A stretch of 64,000 nt of DNA from a virus: positions 1 to 64,000 of IMG/VR virus record IMGVR_UViG_3300035670_013167; one strand, written 5' to 3'. The notes beneath the pieces were generated by a model. The model was given only the letters and a program-made list of their open reading frames with translations, was not told where the DNA came from and ran no database searches. A program made the translations under genes and the position numbers. Below, piece after piece: positions 1-9,231 of the stretch; position 1 is the stretch's first letter, and every line of letters begins with the position of its first letter.

Positions 1-1069
1 TCGGAGTTTGAGTAGAAGTTAAAGTTGAAGTTGGGGTCTGAGTTTCTTGTGCAGTAGGAGTTTGAGTATTTGTCGGAGTTTGAGTAGAAGTTAAAGTTGG
101 AGTTTGAGTATTGGTGGGAGTTTGTGTGTTTGTAGGCGTAGAAGTTGGAGTCTGAGTTTCTTGTGCAGTAGGAGTTTGAGTATTGGTGGGAGTTTGTGTG
201 TTTGTAGGCGTAGAAGTTGGAGTCTGAGTTTCTTGCGAAAATCCTTCTGTGGGCGTGGTTGTTCTAGTTAGAGTGGGCGTCTTTGTTAGTGTTGGAGTTG
301 GTGTTTGAGTTGCTATGCGAGATTGGGTAGAAGTTAAAGTATTAGAATTAGTTATGGATACAGTAGGAGTAGGTGTTCTAGTAACAGATCTACTAGGAGT
401 TTTTGTTAAGGTTATTGTTGGCGTAGATGTTAATGTTTTTGTTAAAGAAAGAGTTTGAGTTATTGTAGAAGTAGAAGTTGTAGTTTTGGTAAGCGTAGGA
501 GTTGGAGTTGGGCTGGCGGTTAAAGTTTGAGTTTTTGTTGTTGTTGGAGTTGGTGTAGGTGTTCTTTTCCTATCTGTTTTTGTTAGAGTTAGAGTATTTG
601 TAAGGGTTTGAGTAGATGTTAAAGTTGGCGTTACTGTTGGTGTTGGGAATAAGCTAAAAGTAGGAGTAGTAAATATTTCAGGCGTTCTAGTTGGAGTTGG
701 AGTTAGTGTTCTAGTTTTTGTAATTGTAGGAGTCGAAGTTAATGTAGGAGTTAGTGTGGGAGTAGAAGTATTAGTGCTTGTTGAAGTTAAGGTTTGAGTA
801 TTTGTTGGAGTATTAGTTGGAGTTGATGTTCTTGTTCTAGTGGCAGTATTGGTATTAGTCGGAGTAAGCGTTAATGTAGAAGTAATTGTAGAAGTTAGTG
901 TAAGAGTTTTAGTCTGGGTTGAGGTTTGAGTAAAGGTGGGAGTTAAAGTAGGAGTAGAAGTTAAGGTGGGAGTTGCAGTAGGAGTTAAAGTGGGTAGAGG
1001 GGTTTCCGGAGACAAAGAAATTGTCGGAGTCAAATTTGGAGTAGGTGTCTGATAATAATATTCTGTCAT
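1..1069 (-). CDS. Mucin-like Thr/Pro-rich (xT)n repeat protein, 3'-partial; probable virion/surface protein
   Basis: ATG at 1069 preceded by AAGGA; open to the window edge; [45 protein letters not shown]...; absent from the ORF track because it is partial. Confidence 0.85.
   Translation of the reverse strand, partial: MTEYYYQTPTPNLTPTISLSPETPLPTLTPTATPTLTSTPTLTPTFTQTSTQTKTLTLTSTITSTLTLTPTNTNTATRTRTSTPTNTPTNTQTLTSTSTNTSTPTLTPTLTSTPTITKTRTLTPTPTRTPEIFTTPTFSLFPTPTVTPTLTSTQTLTNTLTLTKTDRKRTPTPTPTTTKTQTLTASPTPTPTLTKTTTSTSTITQTLSLTKTLTSTPTITLTKTPSRSVTRTPTPTVSITNSNTLTSTQSRIATQTPTPTLTKTPTLTRTTTPTEGFSQETQTPTSTPTNTQTPTNTQTPTAQETQTPTSTPTNTQTPTNTQTPTLTSTQTPTNTQTPTAQETQTPTSTLTSTQTP
99..236. repeat. 72-bp-period tandem duplication inside the Thr/Pro-rich gene
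   Basis: ggagtttgagtattggtgggagtttgtgtgtttgtaggcgtagaagttggagtctgagtttcttg begins at both 99 and 171. Confidence 0.8.
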
Positions 1070-1085
1070 TTGGTCCTTGTTATTA

Positions 1086-1472
1086 TCAAGAAGCGGCCAG
1101 TTCGTTTTCTAACTTGTAAATTCTTTCCAAAGTAGCGCTAGCCGCACTTTGTTCATTTGACTTTTTAGAATTATTAATAATATAATTAGCTAATTCTTTT
1201 AAATTTGCCATTTCCTCATTAGATGCAAGAACTGTCTTCCAATCGACACTATCACCCCTTCTGTCTAATAATCGGTCGCAAATTTTAAATTTATTAATAT
1301 TTGAATATCTCTTGAAAACATTATATGTGTCATAGCCCAGCCTGATAGGAATAATATTGAATTTATTACTATCAGGACTGATTTTAGAATAACTTCTAGG
1401 CCCTAAATTACTGTGAATCTGAGGCATATTTACAGACGATATTTCGGCAATATATTTATAAAAACCAATCAT
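1086..1472 (-). CDS. Hypothetical protein with capsid-targeting-like N-terminus ([10 protein letters not shown])
   Basis: Start moved to ATG 1472, 5 nt downstream of a TATAAATA box. Confidence 0.7.
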   Translation of the reverse strand: MIGFYKYIAEISSVNMPQIHSNLGPRSYSKISPDSNKFNIIPIRLGYDTYNVFKRYSNINKFKICDRLLDRRGDSVDWKTVLASNEEMANLKELANYIINNSKKSNEQSAASATLERIYKLENELAAS

Positions 1473-1477
1473 AATTA

Positions 1478-1485
1478 TATTTATA
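1478..1485 (-). promoter_or_regulatory. T4-like late promoter box TATAAATA
   Basis: Exact match 5 nt upstream of an ATG; the same arrangement recurs at other genes. Confidence 0.55.
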
Positions 1486-1528
1486 CGCCTGCGGCCAGAA
1501 AACACAGCAAAAGTAGCTTATTAAAAAG

Positions 1529-1558
1529 AATAAAGCCACCTCGAAAGGTGGCTTTATT
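1529..1558 (-). terminator. Rho-independent terminator with UUCG loop
   Basis: AATAAAGCCACCT-TTCG-AGGTGGCTTTATT, 13-bp stem followed by a T-rich tract, downstream of 1583..1918. Confidence 0.85.
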
Positions 1559-1582
1559 TAATTTAATTTTAATAATAAAATC

Positions 1583-1918
1583 TTACATGTTGTTTTTGTA
1601 AGATTTATTGATTTTTATAGGCGGATCAGAAGAAAATTCTTTGTCGTCCCAATAATTTTCTTCTTGTTTTTCTAAGATTTTACCAGCAGATCTTATAATT
1701 TCTTTGTGTTGCTTATAAGCCTGCTGCTGTGGATATTTATTCCAATTTTTTCTATTAGGAATATCATCTTCACCATTGTCCATGTTGAACAAATTGTAGC
1801 CAAGAGCAGCAAGCTGCTTGTCTTCTGTTCCCTTGGACACAATAAATTCACCTAAACGAACAGCCAAATCATACTCTAAAGAAATGCTTATCTTAGAATC
1901 TATTTCAAAACTTGACAT
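1583..1918 (-). CDS. Hypothetical protein
   Basis: 111-aa ORF with AAGGT SD-like motif, followed by a terminator. Confidence 0.7.
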   Translation of the reverse strand: MSSFEIDSKISISLEYDLAVRLGEFIVSKGTEDKQLAALGYNLFNMDNGEDDIPNRKNWNKYPQQQAYKQHKEIIRSAGKILEKQEENYWDDKEFSSDPPIKINKSYKNNM

Positions 1919-1965
1919 TTTTACCTTTCAAAGTAAAGAAAAAACAAAAATCCTTTCGAAAACAA

Positions 1966-2532
1966 TCAGTCCCTTTTACCAAACGCAACGCACCAAAAAA
2001 CCTCTCCTCTAGAATTTGGAGTTATTGAAACTCCCATTTCCTGAAAAGAAGGCTTGAGAATTTGAGCTTTGTGACCTGGACTTCTCATCCAACCGCCTAC
2101 TGCTATGTCCGCTCTGTACGGATAAGATTTATCTGCTCCGGGCCTGCCGTGAGCTATAATTTCGCCCCAGTAATCATCAACATTTGAAACCGTGTTGACG
2201 CTAACGCCTGTAGGCGAGTACTTTATATTGTATATCTTGTCAATGGAATAATAGCCAGACTTAATGATTCTGTCTACGGGGTGGTTTTCGCTTTTTTTGA
2301 AATCTTCAAATGACTTCGGGCTTTGTCCTCTTGTATGTTCCATTCTACCAACTTTTGCCATCCAAATCGAATGATTTTTTGCCGCTTTCGCTAATTTTTC
2401 ATTCCACTTTAGGTAATTTAAATTATTTAATTTTCTTTGGTGATTGATCATGTCAAAAGTTTGCTTTTCGAGCGGAGTTTGAGCGAAACAATTACTTGAA
2501 AAAAGAAGAATAAACAAAAATAAAATTCTCAT
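1966..2532 (-). CDS. CAP/SCP-domain secreted protein
   Basis: Signal peptide MRILFLFILLFSSNCFAQ; motifs INHQR..L.W...LAKAAKNHS.WMA, GEIIA, WMRSPGHKAQIL, MGV. Confidence 0.9.
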   Translation of the reverse strand: MRILFLFILLFSSNCFAQTPLEKQTFDMINHQRKLNNLNYLKWNEKLAKAAKNHSIWMAKVGRMEHTRGQSPKSFEDFKKSENHPVDRIIKSGYYSIDKIYNIKYSPTGVSVNTVSNVDDYWGEIIAHGRPGADKSYPYRADIAVGGWMRSPGHKAQILKPSFQEMGVSITPNSRGEVFWCVAFGKRD

Positions 2533-2608
2533 AAATTTACTTTCAATTTTTAGTCTTGCTGATACAAAATCATTGTAGAACAAAAAAATCAAATGTAAAC
2601 ATAAAAAA

Positions 2609-2821
2609 TTAGCAAGTTTTAATTTTTAATTTATTACCAAATTTATAAGATAAATTTTTATTTATTTTGTATGTTGTAAAACATCCTTTTTTCACAACTA
2701 AATTTTCAGTAGATTCTTCTTTTTTTGAACAACAACAACTGCAACTACAATTATTTTCAGGCTTGTATTTGCCGTTTGAGTCGCCAGGTCCAGAGACCCC
2801 CGTTACAGAAGACGCTACCAT
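2609..2821 (-). CDS. Small Cys-rich hypothetical protein
   Basis: ATG 2821 with GGAGG SD; contains CSCSCCC. Confidence 0.65.
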   Translation of the reverse strand: MVASSVTGVSGPGDSNGKYKPENNCSCSCCCSKKEESTENLVVKKGCFTTYKINKNLSYKFGNKLKIKTC

Positions 2822-2825
2822 GTTA

Positions 2826-2884
2826 CCTCCAAAAAAAAGCGGGCATCCTTGCCCTAATTGACATCCTGTCAATAATTATTTATA
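2826..2884 (-). promoter_or_regulatory. TATAAATA box followed by two GGA-loop hairpins and an SD (CsrA/RsmA-type leader)
   Basis: TATAAATA (2877-2884), ATTGACA-GGA-TGTCAAT, GGGCA-AGGA-TGCCC, T8, GGAGG. Confidence 0.55.
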
Positions 2885-2920
2885 CATATTAAGTTTTAAG
2901 AAAAGAGAAATTTTCACCAA

Positions 2921-3355
2921 CTATGGGTTGTCTATTTTAAAGTTGTAAACTTGATTAGATAAATTTTTATGAATTTTTTGCAAGCCGATTAGTCTTTTTC
3001 TTACCAATGAAGATTCTTTGCTTCCAGCAAATGGACAAATAAATTCTCTTATGTCGCCAAGTAAATTTTTACCAGACAACCTTCTGTATTTTCTATCTTT
3101 TTTAATTATTATTTTTGTGTCTTGTGCAATTCCTTCAGAATAAACAGAAGCTCTTCTAACGCAAGAAACGTCTACTTCAAAACTTTTAAAATCATTTTGT
3201 TTTGGAATATTTTTTATAGTTATTTCTGGATCTGGTATTTGGTCTTGTCGAACTGGGGAGTTTCTGACCTTAGGATCAATTTCTATTCTGCTCTGAATAA
3301 AAATTCCATCAAATATTTGAAGAGTTCCTTTTGCTGAGAATCCAAATTCGCTCAT
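2921..3355 (-). CDS. Hypothetical protein
   Basis: 144-aa ORF, AGGAG SD, ATGA overlap with the upstream gene. Confidence 0.75.
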   Translation of the reverse strand: MSEFGFSAKGTLQIFDGIFIQSRIEIDPKVRNSPVRQDQIPDPEITIKNIPKQNDFKSFEVDVSCVRRASVYSEGIAQDTKIIIKKDRKYRRLSGKNLLGDIREFICPFAGSKESSLVRKRLIGLQKIHKNLSNQVYNFKIDNP

Positions 3356-3660
3356 TTTTCTCCTTTTTTATATTTTTCTAAAATCCATTTTGAAAAAAAA
3401 CTGAATTTTTCAGGCGGGCATTTTATCTTAACATAAATAACATCATTTCTCTCTTCTATATTTACATCTTGAAATGTAATATTTTTTAATTTTTTTATCA
3501 ATTGTTGCTTTTGATTATTGTCTATTTTTTCATCTAAAACAATAACGCATTCAGCACTGCGATTAACAAAGCTATAAATTCTATATTGATAAACAGAAAA
3601 AGTACAAACAATAAAAAAAATCATCAAAATTGAAAAGTATTTACTGAATCTCTTAAACAT
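3352..3660 (-). CDS. Hypothetical membrane-anchored protein
   Basis: N-terminal hydrophobic helix; CTAAATA 5 nt upstream of the ATG. Confidence 0.7.
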   Translation of the reverse strand: MFKRFSKYFSILMIFFIVCTFSVYQYRIYSFVNRSAECVIVLDEKIDNNQKQQLIKKLKNITFQDVNIEERNDVIYVKIKCPPEKFSFFSKWILEKYKKGEK

Positions 3661-3681
3661 ACTAATATTTAGATTTATCTC

Positions 3682-3710
3682 TAGACAAATTTTATACTAT
3701 AAAGTAAAAT
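3682..3710 (+). promoter_or_regulatory. Sigma70-like promoter (leaderless arrangement)
   Basis: TAGACA-N17-TAAAAT, 6 nt before ATG 3717. Confidence 0.45.
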
Positions 3711-3716
3711 AAAAAC

Positions 3717-4142
3717 ATGGATTTTGGTAGAATAGTAGAAATGAGTTTTGCACTGGCTGGTCGTCACAAACACGCCCAAAGATGCAAACACTTTAGTTTT
3801 ATTTTTCAAAAAAATAAACTTTTATCTATAGGAATTAATAGTCCTAAAACTCATCCTTTAAATTTAAAATATAATTACGTTAATAAGCAAAAAGACAAAA
3901 TAAGCCACATAGTAGGCACCCATTCAGAAATGAGTGCTGTTATAAAATTGGGAACAATAGAAGGTTATGATGGACTAACTATCGTAAATACAAGAATAAA
4001 TAGAAAAAAAGAATTAGACTATAGTCATCCTTGTAATGGCTGCATGGAGATGTTGTTAGATTTAAAGTTTGAAAAAATTTATTTTACAACCAAAGAAAAA
4101 AAATTTAAGTTAATTAAATTAAACTATGAATATTCGCATTAA
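3717..4142 (+). CDS. Zn-dependent cytidine/deoxycytidylate deaminase-fold protein
   Basis: HSE and PCNGC zinc motifs; 'LLSIGIN' strand. Confidence 0.75.
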   Translation: MDFGRIVEMSFALAGRHKHAQRCKHFSFIFQKNKLLSIGINSPKTHPLNLKYNYVNKQKDKISHIVGTHSEMSAVIKLGTIEGYDGLTIVNTRINRKKELDYSHPCNGCMEMLLDLKFEKIYFTTKEKKFKLIKLNYEYSH

Positions 4143-4878
4143 AGATTGTTACAAAAAAGGCTACAATACTCTTCCTAATCTCAATAAGATTGGAGAAGAA
4201 GAAGTGTTTGAAAAAGAAACACAAGATTGTTTTGCCATACAACTGGAGAAGAAAGAAGCTTTAGCCAATCAAAATGTTTTTTTTGAATACAATAATAATC
4301 CTAAGCACTATGAAATTAGCGAAAATTGGATTGTAAAAAACTATCCAAGAAAACTAAAAAGCACTAATTTTTTAGAAATAGCAAAAGAAACAGAAGAAGA
4401 CTTTTTAATTCATAAAATAGATAATGAAAAAGATTATCTGAGTAGTGCCCATGTTTGTTTTGCTAGTCACTGGAGACCAGAAGACAAGATAGGAAAATCT
4501 TTTGAAGAAATCCATCAGCCAGTTCCAATGAACTTAAAAAACAGCAAAAAGCTAGTTTATGCAATGATTCACGGAGGCATATTTGAAAGATTTGTTTGGA
4601 GCGTTGTTTATGAAAAAAAATACAATTTTCATCCAAGATTTGAATCTAAAAAATTCAATCCAGAAAATCCAGAAGTTTACATAAAGGTAGAACGACAAAT
4701 AACAGTAGGCTTTTCCGAACATAATTTTTGTTTGTTCATATTAAGACAATACTTAATAGAAGATATAGATAAAAGCATATTGGCAAATGTTATAGAAAAC
4801 ATGAGTCCAGAACAAAAAAAATACAAAGGTCTTAATAATTCAAAAGAACTATTATTTTTCCTAAGAAATAAAACGTGA
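4126..4878 (+). CDS. DUF3445 / heme-dependent oxidative N-demethylase alpha-like protein
   Basis: EDFLI, VCFASHWRPEDKIGKSFEEIHQPVP, ERFVWSV, YIKVERQ motifs. Confidence 0.8.
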   Translation: MNIRIKDCYKKGYNTLPNLNKIGEEEVFEKETQDCFAIQLEKKEALANQNVFFEYNNNPKHYEISENWIVKNYPRKLKSTNFLEIAKETEEDFLIHKIDNEKDYLSSAHVCFASHWRPEDKIGKSFEEIHQPVPMNLKNSKKLVYAMIHGGIFERFVWSVVYEKKYNFHPRFESKKFNPENPEVYIKVERQITVGFSEHNFCLFILRQYLIEDIDKSILANVIENMSPEQKKYKGLNNSKELLFFLRNKT

Positions 4879-5826
4879 TTTTGTTGTATTGAAATTGTCT
4901 GAAATTTCTGTTGCACTCAAGCCTCTGTTATAAAAATAACAAGCTCCGATTTTACCATTCAAATAAGGAGAAGAAACGCCGTTTCCTATGTATCCTAAAT
5001 ATAAATCATTCGATTCGTTATAAGAATCATTGCCATGAGAAGTAGAAATGTATTCTACATCATTAATATAAACCTTGGTAGTATTAGATGTAGAGGTTAT
5101 CTGTGACATAAAGGTATAAAGATACCAAGTATTTGTTGCTAAAGTGAGAGTGGAGCTGGTAATTTTTTGAGCAGCAGTTCCATTTGTCACACATCTAGCG
5201 AAAGAATTATTAGAAAATAAACCGCCCCAATATCCATCAAAAGAAAAACTTGATGAAAGCTTGCCAAAAACAGGCTGGCCTTGAGTGTTGGCTGGAGGTA
5301 AGATATCAAATTTAACCCAAACCTGGATCGTTTTTTGAATTGTTGTTGATAATGAAAATTCAGATTTATGAAAAATTTGAATTGTATCGTTAGTGCCGTC
5401 TAAATCAAACACGCCTCCATTGTCCGAAAGCCAAGTCGCCCCATTAATAGTAGCGTTATTTCCATTTGTTGTTTCATCCAACCATAGACCGCTAGTATAA
5501 TTTGCTGCGTCCAGTTTCATAAACAGCCCATCTTCAACAGGTTGATTAGATTCTGTTATCAATCCTTGCGTGAGAGTTGGAGTGGGGGTTGGTGTAAGTG
5601 TGGGAGTGCTGGTGGGGGTTGGAGTGGGATAAAGGAACGCAGAACACGTTAAGTTATATTCTAAAACAGTTATTTCATAAGTTCCCCAAATATCGTCAGC
5701 AGAGTAAGTAAAAGGAGCCGTAAAGGCGCCTAAATTAATTCCAACTTCCGGATTGTTGAAAGAATAGAAGGTGACATTAACCACTTTTCCATCAAAATTT
5801 TGAGAACTTATATTTGCTATTGGCAT
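4861..5826 (-). CDS. LamG/concanavalin A-like lectin-domain virion protein with PT-repeat linker
   Basis: [18 protein letters not shown] linker; LDAANY..WLD..GNNAT, FDLDGTND, YLNGKIG...YNRGLSATEI; CATAAATA 4 nt upstream. Confidence 0.85.
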   Translation of the reverse strand: MPIANISSQNFDGKVVNVTFYSFNNPEVGINLGAFTAPFTYSADDIWGTYEITVLEYNLTCSAFLYPTPTPTSTPTLTPTPTPTLTQGLITESNQPVEDGLFMKLDAANYTSGLWLDETTNGNNATINGATWLSDNGGVFDLDGTNDTIQIFHKSEFSLSTTIQKTIQVWVKFDILPPANTQGQPVFGKLSSSFSFDGYWGGLFSNNSFARCVTNGTAAQKITSSTLTLATNTWYLYTFMSQITSTSNTTKVYINDVEYISTSHGNDSYNESNDLYLGYIGNGVSSPYLNGKIGACYFYNRGLSATEISDNFNTTKSRFIS

Positions 5827-5852
5827 ATATTATTTATGTAAAAATTTACGAA

Positions 5853-6566
5853 TTATCTAAATTGAGGATTGACTTTTTCACACTTTCCCCCACAAGAAGG
5901 AGGATATTTCTCAGGAAACATCCTGACCATCACCATCGGATCAACCCACATTGGACCATTTTCATCAGGTTTTCCCTGTGCATTATTGAACATAGGAACC
6001 CAAACTTGCCTATCCTCTTTCTCTTCTTCATTGTTGAAATTGGGCAAAATATTGTTATTTACCAAGGGACAATTCCCATCAGGGCAATTAGCATTTGGAT
6101 TTTGACCAAAAGGACCAAATTCAAAATCGTTTTGCGGAGTTGCTCTCCTGTTGGCGGCAACTTTAGAAACTATCTCTTCATCTGATATAACCAAGTTGTT
6201 GTCTATTTTTTTCGCAACTATAGAAGAAATAATCGTATTAATATTTCCGCCTATATCTACGGAATATCTAGCAGTAAACTCTATTGTATCTTTGGTAGTG
6301 TCGGTAATTGAAAACTTTTCAAGCTCCATTTCCATGTCGTGCTGAAGGAATAAGGCTGCCATTTTTTTCTTGTTCTTAGAAGACAGCTCTTTTGTAAAAC
6401 AAGAAACATAAGCTTTATAATCTTCATTATTAATAGAATTTTGTAGTTTTTCCATTAAGTTTTGCACTTCGTTTTCTTCATTAGAAGGAATTACCATGCC
6501 GACTCTATCTTCTGCCAGCACGACAGAAGTAAAAAAAACACAAAAAACAAAAACTAAAATTCTCAT
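5853..6566 (-). CDS. Secreted protein, possible NTF2-like domain
   Basis: Signal peptide MRILVFVFCVFFTSVVLA; 'INNEDYKAYVSCF'; AAGGAG SD. Confidence 0.65.
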   Translation of the reverse strand: MRILVFVFCVFFTSVVLAEDRVGMVIPSNEENEVQNLMEKLQNSINNEDYKAYVSCFTKELSSKNKKKMAALFLQHDMEMELEKFSITDTTKDTIEFTARYSVDIGGNINTIISSIVAKKIDNNLVISDEEIVSKVAANRRATPQNDFEFGPFGQNPNANCPDGNCPLVNNNILPNFNNEEEKEDRQVWVPMFNNAQGKPDENGPMWVDPMVMVRMFPEKYPPSCGGKCEKVNPQFR

Positions 6567-6576
6567 AAAAAACTCC

Positions 6577-7086
6577 TTAGAAATAGATAGACTCATACTC
6601 ATCCAAAATCAACCTGTACTTTTTTCTTATTTTGTGAATTGCGTCTGAACCTTTTTGTCTGACGCGCTCTCTGGTGATGTTCATCTTTCTGCCGATTTCG
6701 GCCCATGAAATGTTATTTATAAAATGATCAATTAATATTTTCTTATTTTCTTTTTCTATTTTTGTTTCGTCTTTGTCTTCTTGAAGAAGAACAGACAAAA
6801 ATTCAATTGGAAATTCTTTTTTTTTATTTTCTGAAAGTTCCGCCTCAATGTCTACGATAAAGTCTTTTTCTTTTTTGCTTTTCCTAAAATTATCGAAAAT
6901 AGATTGTTTAATTAATTTTGTGGCCCAAGTCGAAAAAGAACCCTTTGCAGCATCGTAAGAATTGAAAGCCTCTACAAGAGCAACGCAACCAATACCATAA
7001 AAATCATCATAGTCGCAGCTTCTGCGAGCAAATTTGGAAACAATTGATCTTACTAAACCCAAGTGGTCTTCAATTTTGTTTGTCAT
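6577..7086 (-). CDS. Sigma-70 family RNA polymerase sigma factor
   Basis: Region 2 (HLGLVRSIV, YD..KGSFSTWA) and region 4 (SWAEIGRKMNITRERVRQ); TTTACT-N17-TATAAT 6 nt upstream. Confidence 0.9.
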   Translation of the reverse strand: MTNKIEDHLGLVRSIVSKFARRSCDYDDFYGIGCVALVEAFNSYDAAKGSFSTWATKLIKQSIFDNFRKSKKEKDFIVDIEAELSENKKKEFPIEFLSVLLQEDKDETKIEKENKKILIDHFINNISWAEIGRKMNITRERVRQKGSDAIHKIRKKYRLILDEYESIYF

Positions 7087-7139
7087 GCAAGAATTATAGG
7101 CAAACAAATTCCAAAAGTAAAGTATCAATTTAAATTAAA

Positions 7140-7814
7140 TTAAAAACAATTTTTGCTATTATCAATGCTCAAACCTTCTCTTTTTAAAAATATTTGTTCA
7201 ATTTCTTCAAAAGAAATTGGTCTGTATTCTCCTAGTATTTTATAGACATTATCAACACCAACATCCATGCTTAGTCTTTGAGGCATAAATTTATCCAGCC
7301 AATCTTCTGCCGTGGAGTGACAATGACCATAAAGCATCCAAGAACCTTGGTGAGATTTGTTCCAAACAGCTTGAGCATAGTGACTTAATATTATTAATTT
7401 ATTATTTATTTTAATTTCATTTCTTTCATGACACTCTTTAAAAAATCTAGCTATTTTTTTATTGTCGTGATTGCCCCAACAAAGAAAAATATTTTTACAA
7501 TTTATTCTTTTAAGATGCTTCTCAACAAATTCTTCAAGTCTATTTTTAGGAGCGTAACAAAAGTCACCTAAGTGCCAAAGAAAATCATTTTCTTTAACCA
7601 CTTCATTTATTTTATTAATTAAATAATCATTCATTCTTGCAATGGACTGCCAACTTGGAGTCCATGTTGACCAGATGGGGCAAGAAGGACCACCAGAACT
7701 CCAAATAAAATCTACTTTTTTTCTTTCTTCTTTAGAAAGACAGAAGTATCTTTTTGTATAAAGAGGTATTCTTCTGTGTCCGAAATGTGTATCAGCAGTG
7801 AACCAAATTTTCAT
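7140..7814 (-). CDS. Calcineurin-like metallophosphoesterase (phage type)
   Basis: TADTHFGH, HLGDF, GNHD, HY, YGHCH, DVGVD. Confidence 0.9.
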   Translation of the reverse strand: MKIWFTADTHFGHRRIPLYTKRYFCLSKEERKKVDFIWSSGGPSCPIWSTWTPSWQSIARMNDYLINKINEVVKENDFLWHLGDFCYAPKNRLEEFVEKHLKRINCKNIFLCWGNHDNKKIARFFKECHERNEIKINNKLIILSHYAQAVWNKSHQGSWMLYGHCHSTAEDWLDKFMPQRLSMDVGVDNVYKILGEYRPISFEEIEQIFLKREGLSIDNSKNCF

Positions 7815-8857
7815 GAACCATAACCATGTATCCATTCAGGATTATTTACAGACCAATGGACTACCCTTTCTAGCGTCTGTTGAAAGGTGTAAGGTTGCTT
7901 CCAACCAGCTTGACGCAATTTAGATCCATCTAAAGCATATCTTCTATCATATCCCGGCCTAGCTGATTCGCTAGGAATTAATTTATATTTGAGTTCTTTA
8001 TTCATAATTTTAGCAACCATCTCTGCTAATTCGAGATTATTCAGTTCCGTGTCGCCACAAATGTTCCATCTATCTGGTCGTTTTGCTCCATCTTTATACA
8101 TAGCAACGGGCTGCTTGAGTATATAAATCAAGGCGTCCGCTTTATTTTTTGCATCTAAATAAACTCTTTTTCCTATGCTGTCTAGAGAATCGCCATAAAT
8201 AGGCATTTCTTGATTCAAGGATATTTTTTGAATTATTTTGGGCAAAAACTTTTCAGGGTCTTGATATTCTCCTATTATATTCATGGTGTTGGTAATTATA
8301 ACGGGAACCCCAAAAGATCTCCAGTAACTTATTGCTACCGCTTCTTGTGCGGCTTTACTTGCAGCATAAGGATTTGAAGGCAAAATCACATCCCATTCAT
8401 GATGTCCAGGAGAACCCTCAGAAGCTTCTCCATAAACTTCATCTGTGGATATTTGAACAAATTTCTCTGGCTTTGTTTTTCTAGCAAACTCTAGCATGTT
8501 GATGCCGAGTTCATAATTATTTCTTAAACACGAAACAGGATCTTGCGTAGATCTCTCCACAGCAGAGTCTGCCGCCATGTTTATGATGTAATTTATTTTC
8601 TTTCTATTTAAATTGCCTCGCTCATCCACTCTTAAATCGGTAATTTGATTGTATAAAGAATCATTTATAGGCAAAGAAAGATCATGATACAAAATCTTAA
8701 CTCTATTTTTAAAATCAATATCTACTAATCTTCCCAAATCTCCTTTGTGTCGAAAAGAGTCGATGCCTATTATTTCCCAATCGGTATTTTCTATAAAATA
8801 ACTCAGACAATGAGAACCAATAAATCCACCAACTCCAGTCAATAAAACTCTTTTCAT
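7811..8857 (-). CDS. rfbB: dTDP-glucose 4,6-dehydratase-like NAD-dependent epimerase/dehydratase
   Basis: TGVGGFIG, ISTDEVYG, YAASKA, RPGYDRRYALD. Confidence 0.88.
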   Translation of the reverse strand: MKRVLLTGVGGFIGSHCLSYFIENTDWEIIGIDSFRHKGDLGRLVDIDFKNRVKILYHDLSLPINDSLYNQITDLRVDERGNLNRKKINYIINMAADSAVERSTQDPVSCLRNNYELGINMLEFARKTKPEKFVQISTDEVYGEASEGSPGHHEWDVILPSNPYAASKAAQEAVAISYWRSFGVPVIITNTMNIIGEYQDPEKFLPKIIQKISLNQEMPIYGDSLDSIGKRVYLDAKNKADALIYILKQPVAMYKDGAKRPDRWNICGDTELNNLELAEMVAKIMNKELKYKLIPSESARPGYDRRYALDGSKLRQAGWKQPYTFQQTLERVVHWSVNNPEWIHGYGS

Positions 8858-9231
8858 TTTGCGTTCCTTGTAAAAATATAAAAGTCAGAATCTTGAATTT
8901 TTTTTATTTCTTTTGCAATGAAATTATTTTGTTTTAATATAAGTTGAAATCTTAAATCGTATTCAGAAACAGCAACTTCTATTTTTTTATTAGGATTTTT
9001 ATTAATTAAATAATCTATTATTTCGTTTGCTATTTCTTCATTCGTGAAACTCATTTTGGCTATTCTAACTTTTTTTTCTAATGATTTGTAAACAATCCAT
9101 CCTAAAACTTCTTCGTTCGATTCAACAACATTTGCTATTATCTTATTATTTTTCAATAAAAATAATAAGTCTTCTTTATTGCTTATTTTATCTAAATCTT
9201 TTTTTTGCATCCAGCGATACTTTAGGCCCAT
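8854..9231 (-). CDS. Degenerate GNAT/RimI-like protein
   Basis: YRWMQKKDLDKI, VLGWIVY, V.VSEYDL..Q..LKQ..F resemble RimI. Confidence 0.5.
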   Translation of the reverse strand: MGLKYRWMQKKDLDKISNKEDLLFLLKNNKIIANVVESNEEVLGWIVYKSLEKKVRIAKMSFTNEEIANEIIDYLINKNPNKKIEVAVSEYDLRFQLILKQNNFIAKEIKKIQDSDFYIFTRNAK

